Below are positions 37,708-46,215 of a DNA stretch of 46,215 nt, piece by piece. A model generated the notes under the pieces. It did not search any database. It was given only the letters and a program-made list of their open reading frames with translations, and was not told the origin of the DNA. Positions within the stretch are counted from its first letter, which is position 1. Each line of letters starts with the position of its first letter. Origin of the DNA: Cyanobacteria bacterium P01_D01_bin.156. Its GTDB lineage: Bacteria; Cyanobacteriota; Cyanobacteriia; Phormidesmidales; Phormidesmidaceae. Location of the stretch: positions 1 to 46,215 of the forward strand of contig JBCCQQ010000050.1 in assembly GCA_039024555.1 (NCBI GenBank). Direction: 5' to 3'. The position numbers and the translations under genes are program-made.

Positions 37708-38307
37708 TTAAGCAACGGCCATTAGCACACGCAACAAGGTTTCTACATTTTCTGGTACTCGATATAACGTAATATCTTGGGTGACCTGTTTAGAAGTCCG
37801 TTCTAGAATTCCAAATCGCCAATCTTCTCCTGTGGTGACCGCACCATAGAGCAGTGGTACATCTCTCTCAATCCATGTATCTAGTGCAACTAACTCAGCT
37901 GCTAGCTGCACAAATCCATGGGTTAAGTCTGCCTGCTTTGCTTCAACAACAGTAATCGTATTTGTAGTAACTACCCGGTAATCAATCGACCCCTTTAACC
38001 AGTTTGAGACCTTAATCGGATATTCAATGTCCAGACGAGCATCTAACAGTTCGCAAAGTTCTACCAAAACAGGCGCGATTAGCATCTCTCGCCGTGCTGC
38101 TTCACTGGACGGTTCTGTGTAACGAAGATTACGTTGCAGTGTTTCTTCAATGCGTGTGGTATCTAGAGAACCGTCACGTTGAGGTAAATGTAAATAGCGT
38201 CGTTCATAGCTAAATCCTAGATCCGCTAGGATATCAGCCACGTTGTATCGCATTTCAAAATATGAATGGAAGGTATAGCTTGATTGAGGATCTAGGACCT
38301 TAGGCAT
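37708..38307 (-). CDS. Conserved cyanobacterial PD-(D/E)XK nuclease-like protein
   Basis: SEAARRE.LIAP, G.IDY, VVEAK, QLAAEL, YGAVTTG..W.FG. Confidence 0.75.
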   Translation of the reverse strand: MPKVLDPQSSYTFHSYFEMRYNVADILADLGFSYERRYLHLPQRDGSLDTTRIEETLQRNLRYTEPSSEAARREMLIAPVLVELCELLDARLDIEYPIKVSNWLKGSIDYRVVTTNTITVVEAKQADLTHGFVQLAAELVALDTWIERDVPLLYGAVTTGEDWRFGILERTSKQVTQDITLYRVPENVETLLRVLMAVA

Positions 38308-38571
38308 AATTCAGATAAGAGACTGAAGATGATTTGGTTATACCATCTTGATTCATCAGCGAATCAGTTCATTCTAACTAAGCTAACGTGCTAGTTGATT
38401 ATGTTATCGATCAACACACTCGATGTATTGTGGGTTCTCTAATTTTTTGCGTTGTCTATGCCACTATAAACAGATCTAAAAAAATCAGCTTGCTTGGGAA
38501 TAACTTCGCTACCATAGCCACCGGACCTTGTAGGTCCTTCCCATCCCCTTCTTAGCAGGACAAACTTCTCC

Positions 38572-39444
38572 ATGGCGCAGGCAGATATCGGAATCATCGG
38601 CGGTAGCGGTCTTTATAAAATGGATGCGCTTACGGATATTGAAGAAGTCACCATCGATACCCCCTTTGGTGCCCCTTCAGATGCCTTTATTTGTGGCAAA
38701 CTCGATGGCACACCGGTTGTCTTTTTAGCCCGCCATGGCCGTGGCCATCGTCTACTACCCACTGAGCTACCCTTCCAGGCCAATATCTATGCCATGAAAA
38801 CCCTGGGGGTAAAGTACCTAATTTCCGCATCGGCAGTAGGGTCCCTCAAAGAAGAGGTCAAGCCAGTGGATATGGTGATCCCAGACCAGTTTATTGATCG
38901 CACCAAAAATCGAGCGGCCACCTTCTTTGGAGAAGGGATTATTGCCCACATTGCCTTTGGCGATCCAGTTTGTAAAAATCTGGCCGCAGTTTTAGGGGAT
39001 GCGGTAGAAAGCCTAAATCTGGATGGGGTAACGTTGCACCGGGGTGGCACCTACGTGTGTATGGAAGGCCCTGCCTTTTCGACTAAAGCGGAATCTCATC
39101 TGTATCGGAGCTGGGGGGCTACCGTAATTGGCATGACCAACTTGACCGAGGCGAAACTAGCACGGGAAGCAGAAATTGCCTATGCCACCCTAGCCATGGC
39201 CACCGACTATGATTGCTGGCATCCAGACCACGACAGTGTGACGGTGGAAATGGTCATCGGCAACCTGCAGAAGAATGCAGGCAATGCCCAGCTAGTTGTT
39301 AAAGATGTCGTCAATCGGCTAACGGCCAACCCACCTGAGTCAGACGCTCACTCAGCCCTAAAATATGCCGTGTTCACCCCGTTAGACCAGGCACCCGAAG
39401 CAACCATACAAAAACTGAAGCCACTGCTAGAGAAGTATATGTAG
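38572..39444 (+). CDS. mtnP: S-methyl-5'-thioadenosine phosphorylase
   Basis: [51 protein letters not shown]. Confidence 0.96.
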   Translation: MAQADIGIIGGSGLYKMDALTDIEEVTIDTPFGAPSDAFICGKLDGTPVVFLARHGRGHRLLPTELPFQANIYAMKTLGVKYLISASAVGSLKEEVKPVDMVIPDQFIDRTKNRAATFFGEGIIAHIAFGDPVCKNLAAVLGDAVESLNLDGVTLHRGGTYVCMEGPAFSTKAESHLYRSWGATVIGMTNLTEAKLAREAEIAYATLAMATDYDCWHPDHDSVTVEMVIGNLQKNAGNAQLVVKDVVNRLTANPPESDAHSALKYAVFTPLDQAPEATIQKLKPLLEKYM

Positions 39445-39515
39445 GGTGCTAGCAACACTTCTCTTTTCGGAAATGTCCTTATTGGCTAGCCCCTTTTAAG
39501 ACACCTAGAGATAGC

Positions 39516-39673
39516 TAAGTAAGTGGTTTCAATTAGCTATCAAATATCGACGCCCCCTTTTTCAATCCTGAAAGAAACCAAACTCAAAGCCCCCAGGATT
39601 GGGGGTTGGGGGCAAAATCCAAGAGGTTAAACGGCTTATTCATGTCTTATAAAAGATTGAACTGAGCTACTTA
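39516..39673. mobile_element. Putative MITE with imperfect terminal inverted repeats and an internal GC hairpin
   Basis: Left TAAGTA-AGTGGT-TTCAAT versus the reverse complement of the right end TAAGTA-GCTCAG-TTCAAT; internal GCCCCCAGGATTGGGGGTTGGGGGC at 39589-39613 resembles cyanobacterial dispersed repeats. Confidence 0.55.
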
Positions 39674-39679
39674 TTTGCA

Positions 39680-40180
39680 ATGAGCATTAAACCTGGTAGC
39701 AAATACTATCCACTGTTTGAACATCTGCAAAGGTGTTCTGACGATACTGTGGTGCTCACATTTGCCAAAATTGAATCCGTTATCGACAAGTCACTGCCAA
39801 AATCAGCGTTTAATAAGAAAAATTGGTGGAGCAACCGCGATAGTGCCAGTGCTCTTCAGGCAAAAGCCTGGGTGTATGCGGAGTACCATGTTAAATCCGT
39901 CGATTTAACGCAACAGACCGTGATCTTTTGTAAATTCCAGGCGGAATACAACATTCAGCAAAAAGAAGGAACAGTAGTGTGGCAACAGGATGCCATTAAA
40001 GCCCTGCGTAAACACATGAGCCTTACCCAATCGCAATTTGCAGAGGAACTAGGGGTACGCCGCCAGACTGTAAGCGAATGGGAAAATGGCGTCTATGATC
40101 CTGATCGCTCCAAAACAAAGTTCTTGGAACTCATTGCGAAAAACTCTGATTTTCACCCCACACCATCAGAACAACAATAG
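39680..40180 (+). CDS. XRE-family HTH regulator with an N-terminal KY..L...LTF..IE...LP.SA...WWSN domain
   Basis: C-terminal IKALRK...LTQSQFAEELGVRRQTVSEWENG HTH. Confidence 0.88.
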   Translation: MSIKPGSKYYPLFEHLQRCSDDTVVLTFAKIESVIDKSLPKSAFNKKNWWSNRDSASALQAKAWVYAEYHVKSVDLTQQTVIFCKFQAEYNIQQKEGTVVWQQDAIKALRKHMSLTQSQFAEELGVRRQTVSEWENGVYDPDRSKTKFLELIAKNSDFHPTPSEQQ

Positions 40181-40407
40181 TTGTTGTTCAAAGCATAGGA
40201 ACCTTGTTTGCTAAGTCAACAGAATTAAATTGACTTTTTGTCCGGCAGGCAGTCATAATAAAGGCGATCAGGTGTACTCCTGACTCATTCTTATCCATTG
40301 CTGATTTCAAGCCGGAATTGATGCGACAGGACGGCGACACGCTCAACTGTCGCAGGGATATCCTACGTCAAAAATTAGTAATGATTAACCTTTTGGAGAC
40401 ATAATCT

Positions 40408-40656
40408 ATGTTGACTGATAATCCAGTTCAGGGTGCTGTTGCACCCGTAGTTCCCCCTGCTCCAGAACCTCTTCCCGAGGGTCAATTTGAAGTTGTTCGC
40501 CACATGTTGTTTGGCAGTCTTCTCGGCGTGCAGCGCACTATCCAGGAGCTTCACACTAAACACTATGCTGAACCGAATGATTGGAGTAAGCCGATTTCCA
40601 CCGGACGCCCCAATGAGGTAATGGCAATCTTAACCAAAAAGGTGAGACTGGCTTAA
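40408..40656 (+). CDS. Conserved cyanobacterial small hypothetical protein
   Basis: GGAG RBS; VRH.L.GS...V..TI..LH...YAE..DWS.P...GRP.EVM.IL motif, recalled as a widespread cyanobacterial family. Confidence 0.8.
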   Translation: MLTDNPVQGAVAPVVPPAPEPLPEGQFEVVRHMLFGSLLGVQRTIQELHTKHYAEPNDWSKPISTGRPNEVMAILTKKVRLA

Positions 40657-40734
40657 TCGCCTATGCATAACAAAAAGAGGTACCGCTGTTCCTCAAACAA
40701 TAACGGTCAGCAAGAGTCTTTCTAAAACTCTCTT

Positions 40735-40769
40735 GTAGCAGGCTGCTGAAAATTTCAGCAGCCTGCTAC
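40735..40769. repeat. Perfect 17-bp-arm palindrome between convergent genes (bidirectional terminator or element relic)
   Basis: GTAGCAGGCTGCTGAAA-A-TTTCAGCAGCCTGCTAC. Confidence 0.85.
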
Positions 40770-40777
40770 CGCTGTTG

Positions 40778-41668
40778 TTATCTTGTCCAAACGCTACCGC
40801 CAAAGCCACCGGTTTTACGAATAGCGCTTAATCGACCAGCGGAGTCAATTTGTACTTCCATTTCACCGGCCTGATCAATGCGACCTTTAGGAACATCAGA
40901 CCATTCGCCTACCACGCGATTTCCCTGAATTGTGCCATGGAAGACATTGGTCCAGGTGGCTCCTCCATCACCGCTTTCGCCATACCACCAGACGGTGTTA
41001 CCAATCTGGTTAATGTAATAGGTTCCTCCATCATTCCCCTGCCACTGTCCCGACAAATCTTGGGTTGCTTGAGGATTTGTTGCAAGACTCTGACTAAATT
41101 GGAAATCGTCTACGTTGATGTGCCCCCAGCCGCCAGAAGCCTCGTCTACAATTCGAATAACTCCGACTCTACCTGCATAGGGAGTCAGGTCCCAAGAGAC
41201 TCTGGCCATGGTTTCAGTGTTCTGGCCAGATACGGTTAAACGAGATTGGCCGTCCACCAGCAGTTCTACACGGGTAGCGGAGCTACTGCCACCACCGACA
41301 AGAAAGCTTAATGAGCCATTGGGAATTGTAAATTGAGGTGACGATAAGGTGCCCTGAGGGGCATCTCCCTGAACAGTTCCAGCTCTCTGACCGGGTAACC
41401 CTTGATAGTCTTCGTAACCGCCGATCCAATATTGACCCTGATGTTGAGAGGCCTGGCCTCGGTTACGGGCGGTGGGATTGTCTCCGAGGGTGGGCTGATT
41501 GGCAAAAGCGGTGCCTGTCTGCTGCCAGCCCTGTAGTGTGCCTTCTTCAAAATTGAGGGTAAATGGCAAATTTGGATTTGCTTGCACCCGTCCCGGCATA
41601 AGCAAAGATGAACTGGCGGTTGCAATCATCAAACCAATACCAAGCTTACGGTGCCATTGAGCCATCAT
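40778..41668 (-). CDS. Secreted two-domain beta protein (carbohydrate-binding-like beta-sandwich + Trp-rich beta domain)
   Basis: Signal peptide ending VQA; GTLSSP.F.I...LSFLVGGG...WDL..YAG....IRIVD...GGWGHINVDDF resembles GH32-associated accessory modules; C-terminal LSG.W...DGG.YYI.Q.G..VWW. Confidence 0.75.
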   Translation of the reverse strand: MMAQWHRKLGIGLMIATASSSLLMPGRVQANPNLPFTLNFEEGTLQGWQQTGTAFANQPTLGDNPTARNRGQASQHQGQYWIGGYEDYQGLPGQRAGTVQGDAPQGTLSSPQFTIPNGSLSFLVGGGSSSATRVELLVDGQSRLTVSGQNTETMARVSWDLTPYAGRVGVIRIVDEASGGWGHINVDDFQFSQSLATNPQATQDLSGQWQGNDGGTYYINQIGNTVWWYGESGDGGATWTNVFHGTIQGNRVVGEWSDVPKGRIDQAGEMEVQIDSAGRLSAIRKTGGFGGSVWTR

Positions 41669-41845
41669 GGGTAATATCTCCGCAGATTAAGTGTGAGCAA
41701 CATGTCACCCATCACTCAGCCGCAAACTTGCTAAATTATGCAAATCGTAAATCTTTTTTGACGAACATCTGATTCAATTTGCCCGAGTGCTGCGGCTTTC
41801 TTTAACTTCGCTCAGGGAGTGAGATCTCCTATTGCATCCATGCCC

Positions 41846-42658
41846 CTAGGAGACAAAACCCTTGCGTAAATAGCTGCTTAAACTATCCACTAGGGTGACC
41901 ATTACCAGTACGATGATTAGCAATGCGGACACTTGCTGATATTGCAGAATGCGCAGGGCACCAATAATCTCTGCGCCAATCCCCCCGGCACCAACGGCAC
42001 CTAAAACCATAGAAGCCCGAAAGTTATACTCCCAACGGTAAAAGGTAACGTCCGCCAGCTGGGGTAAAACCTGGGGCAATATGCTGTGGACAATAATTTG
42101 TGGCTTAGTCGCCCCCACAGCACGAGCGGCTTCTACGGGGGCCTGGTTGCTGAGTTCAACAGCGTCGGCAAAAAACTTACCGACCATGCCAATAGAATGT
42201 AGCCCCAATGCTAAGGTGCCTGGCAATTTGCCAAAGCCGACGGCTGCCACCAACACCATTCCTAGAATCAGTTCTGGAATAGCTCGGGTGATATTTAGAA
42301 CCAGACGGGCAATGTAAAAGACAATGCGGTGGGGTGTTGTATTATTGGCAGCCAGCAACCCTAGGGGAAGAGATAGGCCAATAGCGATCGCAGTGCCAGC
42401 TACGCTCATCGCTAGGGTATCGATCATTGGGGTAATCCATAGCGGGAGACGACTAAAGTCAGGGGGCCACATTTCCCACAGAAGCTTACCCGTAGCAGGG
42501 ATTCCTGCAGCTAGTCGCTCTAGGTTAAACAGTTCAACAACAACTAAGCTACCGAGTACTAAACCCAGCAACACAGAGGCACGAGCAAGCTGCTTGACCC
42601 AGCGCTGTCGTTGTTGTTTTAGAATAGGCGCGTAGTCCGAACTATGGTCAGATTCCAT
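41846..42658 (-). CDS. phnE: Phosphite/phosphonate ABC transporter permease (PtxC/PhnE)
   Basis: TLAMS..GT, RAIPEL, GKFFA..VE, EAARAVGA, YRWEYNFR.S.VLG.VGAGGIG. Confidence 0.92.
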   Translation of the reverse strand: MESDHSSDYAPILKQQRQRWVKQLARASVLLGLVLGSLVVVELFNLERLAAGIPATGKLLWEMWPPDFSRLPLWITPMIDTLAMSVAGTAIAIGLSLPLGLLAANNTTPHRIVFYIARLVLNITRAIPELILGMVLVAAVGFGKLPGTLALGLHSIGMVGKFFADAVELSNQAPVEAARAVGATKPQIIVHSILPQVLPQLADVTFYRWEYNFRASMVLGAVGAGGIGAEIIGALRILQYQQVSALLIIVLVMVTLVDSLSSYLRKGFVS

Positions 42659-42682
42659 AGGATTGTTGTGGGCGGCGATACC

Positions 42683-43609
<927 letters not shown>

Positions 43610-43648
43610 CTAGGCAGCTGAGCATTGACAGTACCAGGATCGTTCACC

Positions 43649-44419
43649 TTACACGATGATGGGCTGTTCGGTATAAATTTTGGCAAGGTGGTGGTGGGTT
43701 AACTGGTCTGGCGTTCCATCAAAGATAATGTGGCCATGGGTTAACCCGATGATGCGATCGCAATATTCTTTAGCAAAGTCCACCTGATGCAAACTGAGCA
43801 AGGCGGCAATGCCATCGGTTTTACAAATGGTCCGCAGCAACTGCATTACCCGGTGGGCACTGGCGGGATCTAGGCTGGCGATGGGTTCATCGGCAAGGAG
43901 TAGCTGGGGCCGCTGCGCCAGGGCACGGGCAATACCCACCCGCTGCTGCTGACCACCGCTCAAGCGTTTAACAGGGGTCAGGGCTTTTTCCAGGAGACCC
44001 ACCCGCTCTAAACAGCCCAGGGCCAACCGCTGATCGTGGAGGGGTAAGGGCCAAAGACTGCGCCAAAAAGAATGGTAGGCCAACCGCCCCATCAACACAT
44101 TTTTTAGGGCAGACTGACGCTCCAGCAGCTGGTGATGTTGAAAAATCATACCCGTGCGCTGACGGTGCGAGCGCAGCACAGAAGGATTAGATAACGCCCC
44201 TAGTCCATGGACCATAACTCTGCCCTGGGCGGGGGGACATAGGTAGTTGATGGTGCGCAGTAGCGTAGATTTGCCCGCCCCCGACATGCCCAGCACCGCT
44301 GTAAATTCTCCCCGATGCAGCGGCATATTAATAGATTCAAGGGCCAGCACCCCATTGCCATAGGTGACTCCCACATTTTCTAACGTGACGATGGGAGATG
44401 TGTCCGGCAAGTGCTCCAT
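43649..44419 (-). CDS. phnC: Phosphite/phosphonate ABC transporter ATPase (PtxA/PhnC)
   Basis: GMSGAGKST, LSGGQQQRVGIARAL, LADEPIASLDP, SLHQV. Confidence 0.93.
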   Translation of the reverse strand: MEHLPDTSPIVTLENVGVTYGNGVLALESINMPLHRGEFTAVLGMSGAGKSTLLRTINYLCPPAQGRVMVHGLGALSNPSVLRSHRQRTGMIFQHHQLLERQSALKNVLMGRLAYHSFWRSLWPLPLHDQRLALGCLERVGLLEKALTPVKRLSGGQQQRVGIARALAQRPQLLLADEPIASLDPASAHRVMQLLRTICKTDGIAALLSLHQVDFAKEYCDRIIGLTHGHIIFDGTPDQLTHHHLAKIYTEQPIIV

Positions 44420-44548
44420 TATTGAGTGATATGCCTTGAAGGCTGCGGTATGGGGGACTTAAGTCTACATTGACTGCCCCCTTTGACCCATCAAATCATA
44501 GCGCTATGCCATAGTGGAAACGCGTTTAAGTGACTTGAACTCTGGCCC

Positions 44549-45049
44549 ATGCAAACCCCAGTTTCCGCCACATTTACCTATCAACGGGACGAGTATATCC
44601 GCGCGGTACGCTACCACTATAAAACCATCCTTCACCTGCGTCGGGACACCATTGCCGCTGTTGCCAGCATTATTTTAGGGCTGTATCTGGTTGCGATCGC
44701 TCAGATTAGCTGGCTTGGCTGGCTAGTTTTGTGCATGGGCTTAGTATTGTTGGCAATGATGGGATACGCCCTCTTTCTTTTGCCAATAATTATTTATCGA
44801 GGACAGCCTAAACTTAAAGACAGCTATAGCCTCCGTTTTTCAGAGGAAGGTATTGACTTTAAAACTCAACAAATTGATTCCACTCTCCAGTGGTCTTTGT
44901 ACCATACCTGGCGCCTCACCCCTGAATTTTACATTCTTTACTATGGCAAACGAGAGTTTACGATTATTCCACGAAGAGTTTTCTCCCCAACTGATGATGA
45001 CCGGCTACAGGCACTGCTGCATCAGCAACTAGGTCAGCCTAAGCCTTAG
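44549..45049 (+). CDS. YcxB-like membrane protein
   Basis: Two TM helices followed by FSEEGI...S.L.W......E..ILY....F.IIPRRVF. Confidence 0.8.
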   Translation: MQTPVSATFTYQRDEYIRAVRYHYKTILHLRRDTIAAVASIILGLYLVAIAQISWLGWLVLCMGLVLLAMMGYALFLLPIIIYRGQPKLKDSYSLRFSEEGIDFKTQQIDSTLQWSLYHTWRLTPEFYILYYGKREFTIIPRRVFSPTDDDRLQALLHQQLGQPKP

Positions 45050-45430
45050 TTTGTTGGGCGTTGCTGATCCCCGGTGGGATTTCCTGAAGAGACTACTGGC
45101 ATGTAGCATCGTTTACAGATCTTTGCATCCCTTAAATCAGCAACAGCGATTGTTGTTCTTTGAAAGATCGAACACCTGCGTTATGAGTGCTTCTGCTATT
45201 TTCAGTTGCACCATGCCCGGCAACCCATACCTTTCACAGAAATAGTCAACAGGCAATAACCCTGACTGCCAACTATTTCCGTGGTGCCATTGCTGATTTG
45301 GGGAATGAAACAATCTGTAGAACTTACCAGTTGTCTAAATATGACAGATGAAATCATCCCCTAAATCAGCGACACTCCTGTAACAGTCTTTACTAGTGGC
45401 TTTATCCTGAAGCAGCATCGACATTCTCGC

Positions 45431-45619
45431 TTAGGAGCGAGTTTTAATAATCACCTTGACTGAAGAACCAGAGGAGCCTGTTTCTAAAACAATCGGGTTT
45501 GGAGGATTGGCAGGTGTGTGTTTTTCTGGGCTATTTTTTGTGGCGTTATCGGGTGGGGTTAGGAACTGCTTGGTTAACGTAGCCAGCAACAGGCCAAAGG
45601 TCAAAACAGGTAGAAACAT
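45431..45619 (-). CDS. Small hypothetical membrane-anchored protein
   Basis: 62 aa with a hydrophobic N-terminus and AAAGG upstream; co-oriented with the next ORF. Confidence 0.45.
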   Translation of the reverse strand: MFLPVLTFGLLLATLTKQFLTPPDNATKNSPEKHTPANPPNPIVLETGSSGSSVKVIIKTRS

Positions 45620-45671
45620 CCTTTATTAGGGGGCTAACAACTATGGGCGAAATACTAGAGACAGCAACTTG

Positions 45672-46052
45672 TTAGATTGACTCCTTGATACAGGCCAAGG
45701 CAAATAACAAAAATGTGATGCCGCTAAAGAGCCTAATGATGGGCATTACGCCCGTAAAAATATGCTCTGCAAACGTTACGGAGACGGTAAACGCGGTGAA
45801 CAGCACCAAAAGAGCAATACCCATACAAAATAGGAACAGCCAACGAAATAGGGTAAATGCAAGGATTGCGATCGCGCCATAGGGTTTGTGCCGTTTGAAC
45901 CCTATGGCAGGTGTTTTCCTCTTAAAATTCTGTTGCCGCTGCATAAAATTGAATAACCACTGAAGCAAACGAGTAAGCATCGAACGCATAGGATTAAATA
46001 ACCGTTGGATTACACGAGTGAGCATCAAAGTAGGGGGCAACTTGATAATCAT
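45672..46052 (-). CDS. Hypothetical two-TM protein
   Basis: Basic N-terminus and two C-terminal hydrophobic helices; start uncertain. Confidence 0.55.
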   Translation of the reverse strand: MIIKLPPTLMLTRVIQRLFNPMRSMLTRLLQWLFNFMQRQQNFKRKTPAIGFKRHKPYGAIAILAFTLFRWLFLFCMGIALLVLFTAFTVSVTFAEHIFTGVMPIIRLFSGITFLLFALACIKESI

Positions 46053-46215
46053 GGATAAGCCATCTCCGCTGTACGTAGGGTTTGCTGAAAAACTGAATAG
46101 AAATCTCAGGGGTTATCCCATCGCCCAGACAGGGTCAGTAGTCCCTTTCCTAGAGGCAAGGATTTTCAGCCAGTCCTTGCATAGCGTTTCTGTAAAGGGA
46201 CACATATTCGTCTGA

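Noticed and set aside
40681..40776. 10-bp direct repeat TACCGCTGTT as a possible target-site duplication
   Set aside because: The second copy overlaps the palindrome arm and the enclosed segment lacks terminal inverted repeats; too weak to call.
44420..44548. Pho (SphR) box upstream of the ptx/phn operon
   Set aside because: Only isolated CTTAA words are present, not tandem repeats at 11-bp spacing.

Overview
Cyanobacterial chromosomal window (many HIP1 GCGATCGC octamers, cyanobacterial gene families, tRNAs without encoded CCA; probably a filamentous Leptolyngbya-like strain, by inference). It starts with the end of an IS256-family element, then mazG, a DUF2227-type gene and two identical tandem tRNA-Val(TAC) genes. 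An accessory region follows: an AT-rich PLP-enzyme plus methyltransferase pair; a six-gene sensory/redox operon (MscS-cNMP, degenerate Cache-HAMP cyclase, diheme cytochrome c peroxidase, DAHL-only protein, PstS-like lipoprotein, Rieske protein); two paired AAA_35 modules (HTH-AAA plus transmembrane AAA-sensor); DUF928 and CHAT genes; and an alpha-amylase. Housekeeping genes (ileS, mtnP) and a PtxABC-like phosphite transporter without an adjacent ptxD come later. The best candidate for an undescribed system is at about 22.1-26.7 kb. There a ~37-aa two-cysteine, charge-patterned module (VCVAPVRTxIRREEEIxxIRRVRKVEEVDASPxCP) forms most of two small proteins and is fused to the C-terminus of a membrane-anchored fibro-slime/PA14 protein, next to a membrane-anchored TPR protein and a WCGYC thioredoxin. 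All family assignments are from motifs recognised by eye; no searches were run.
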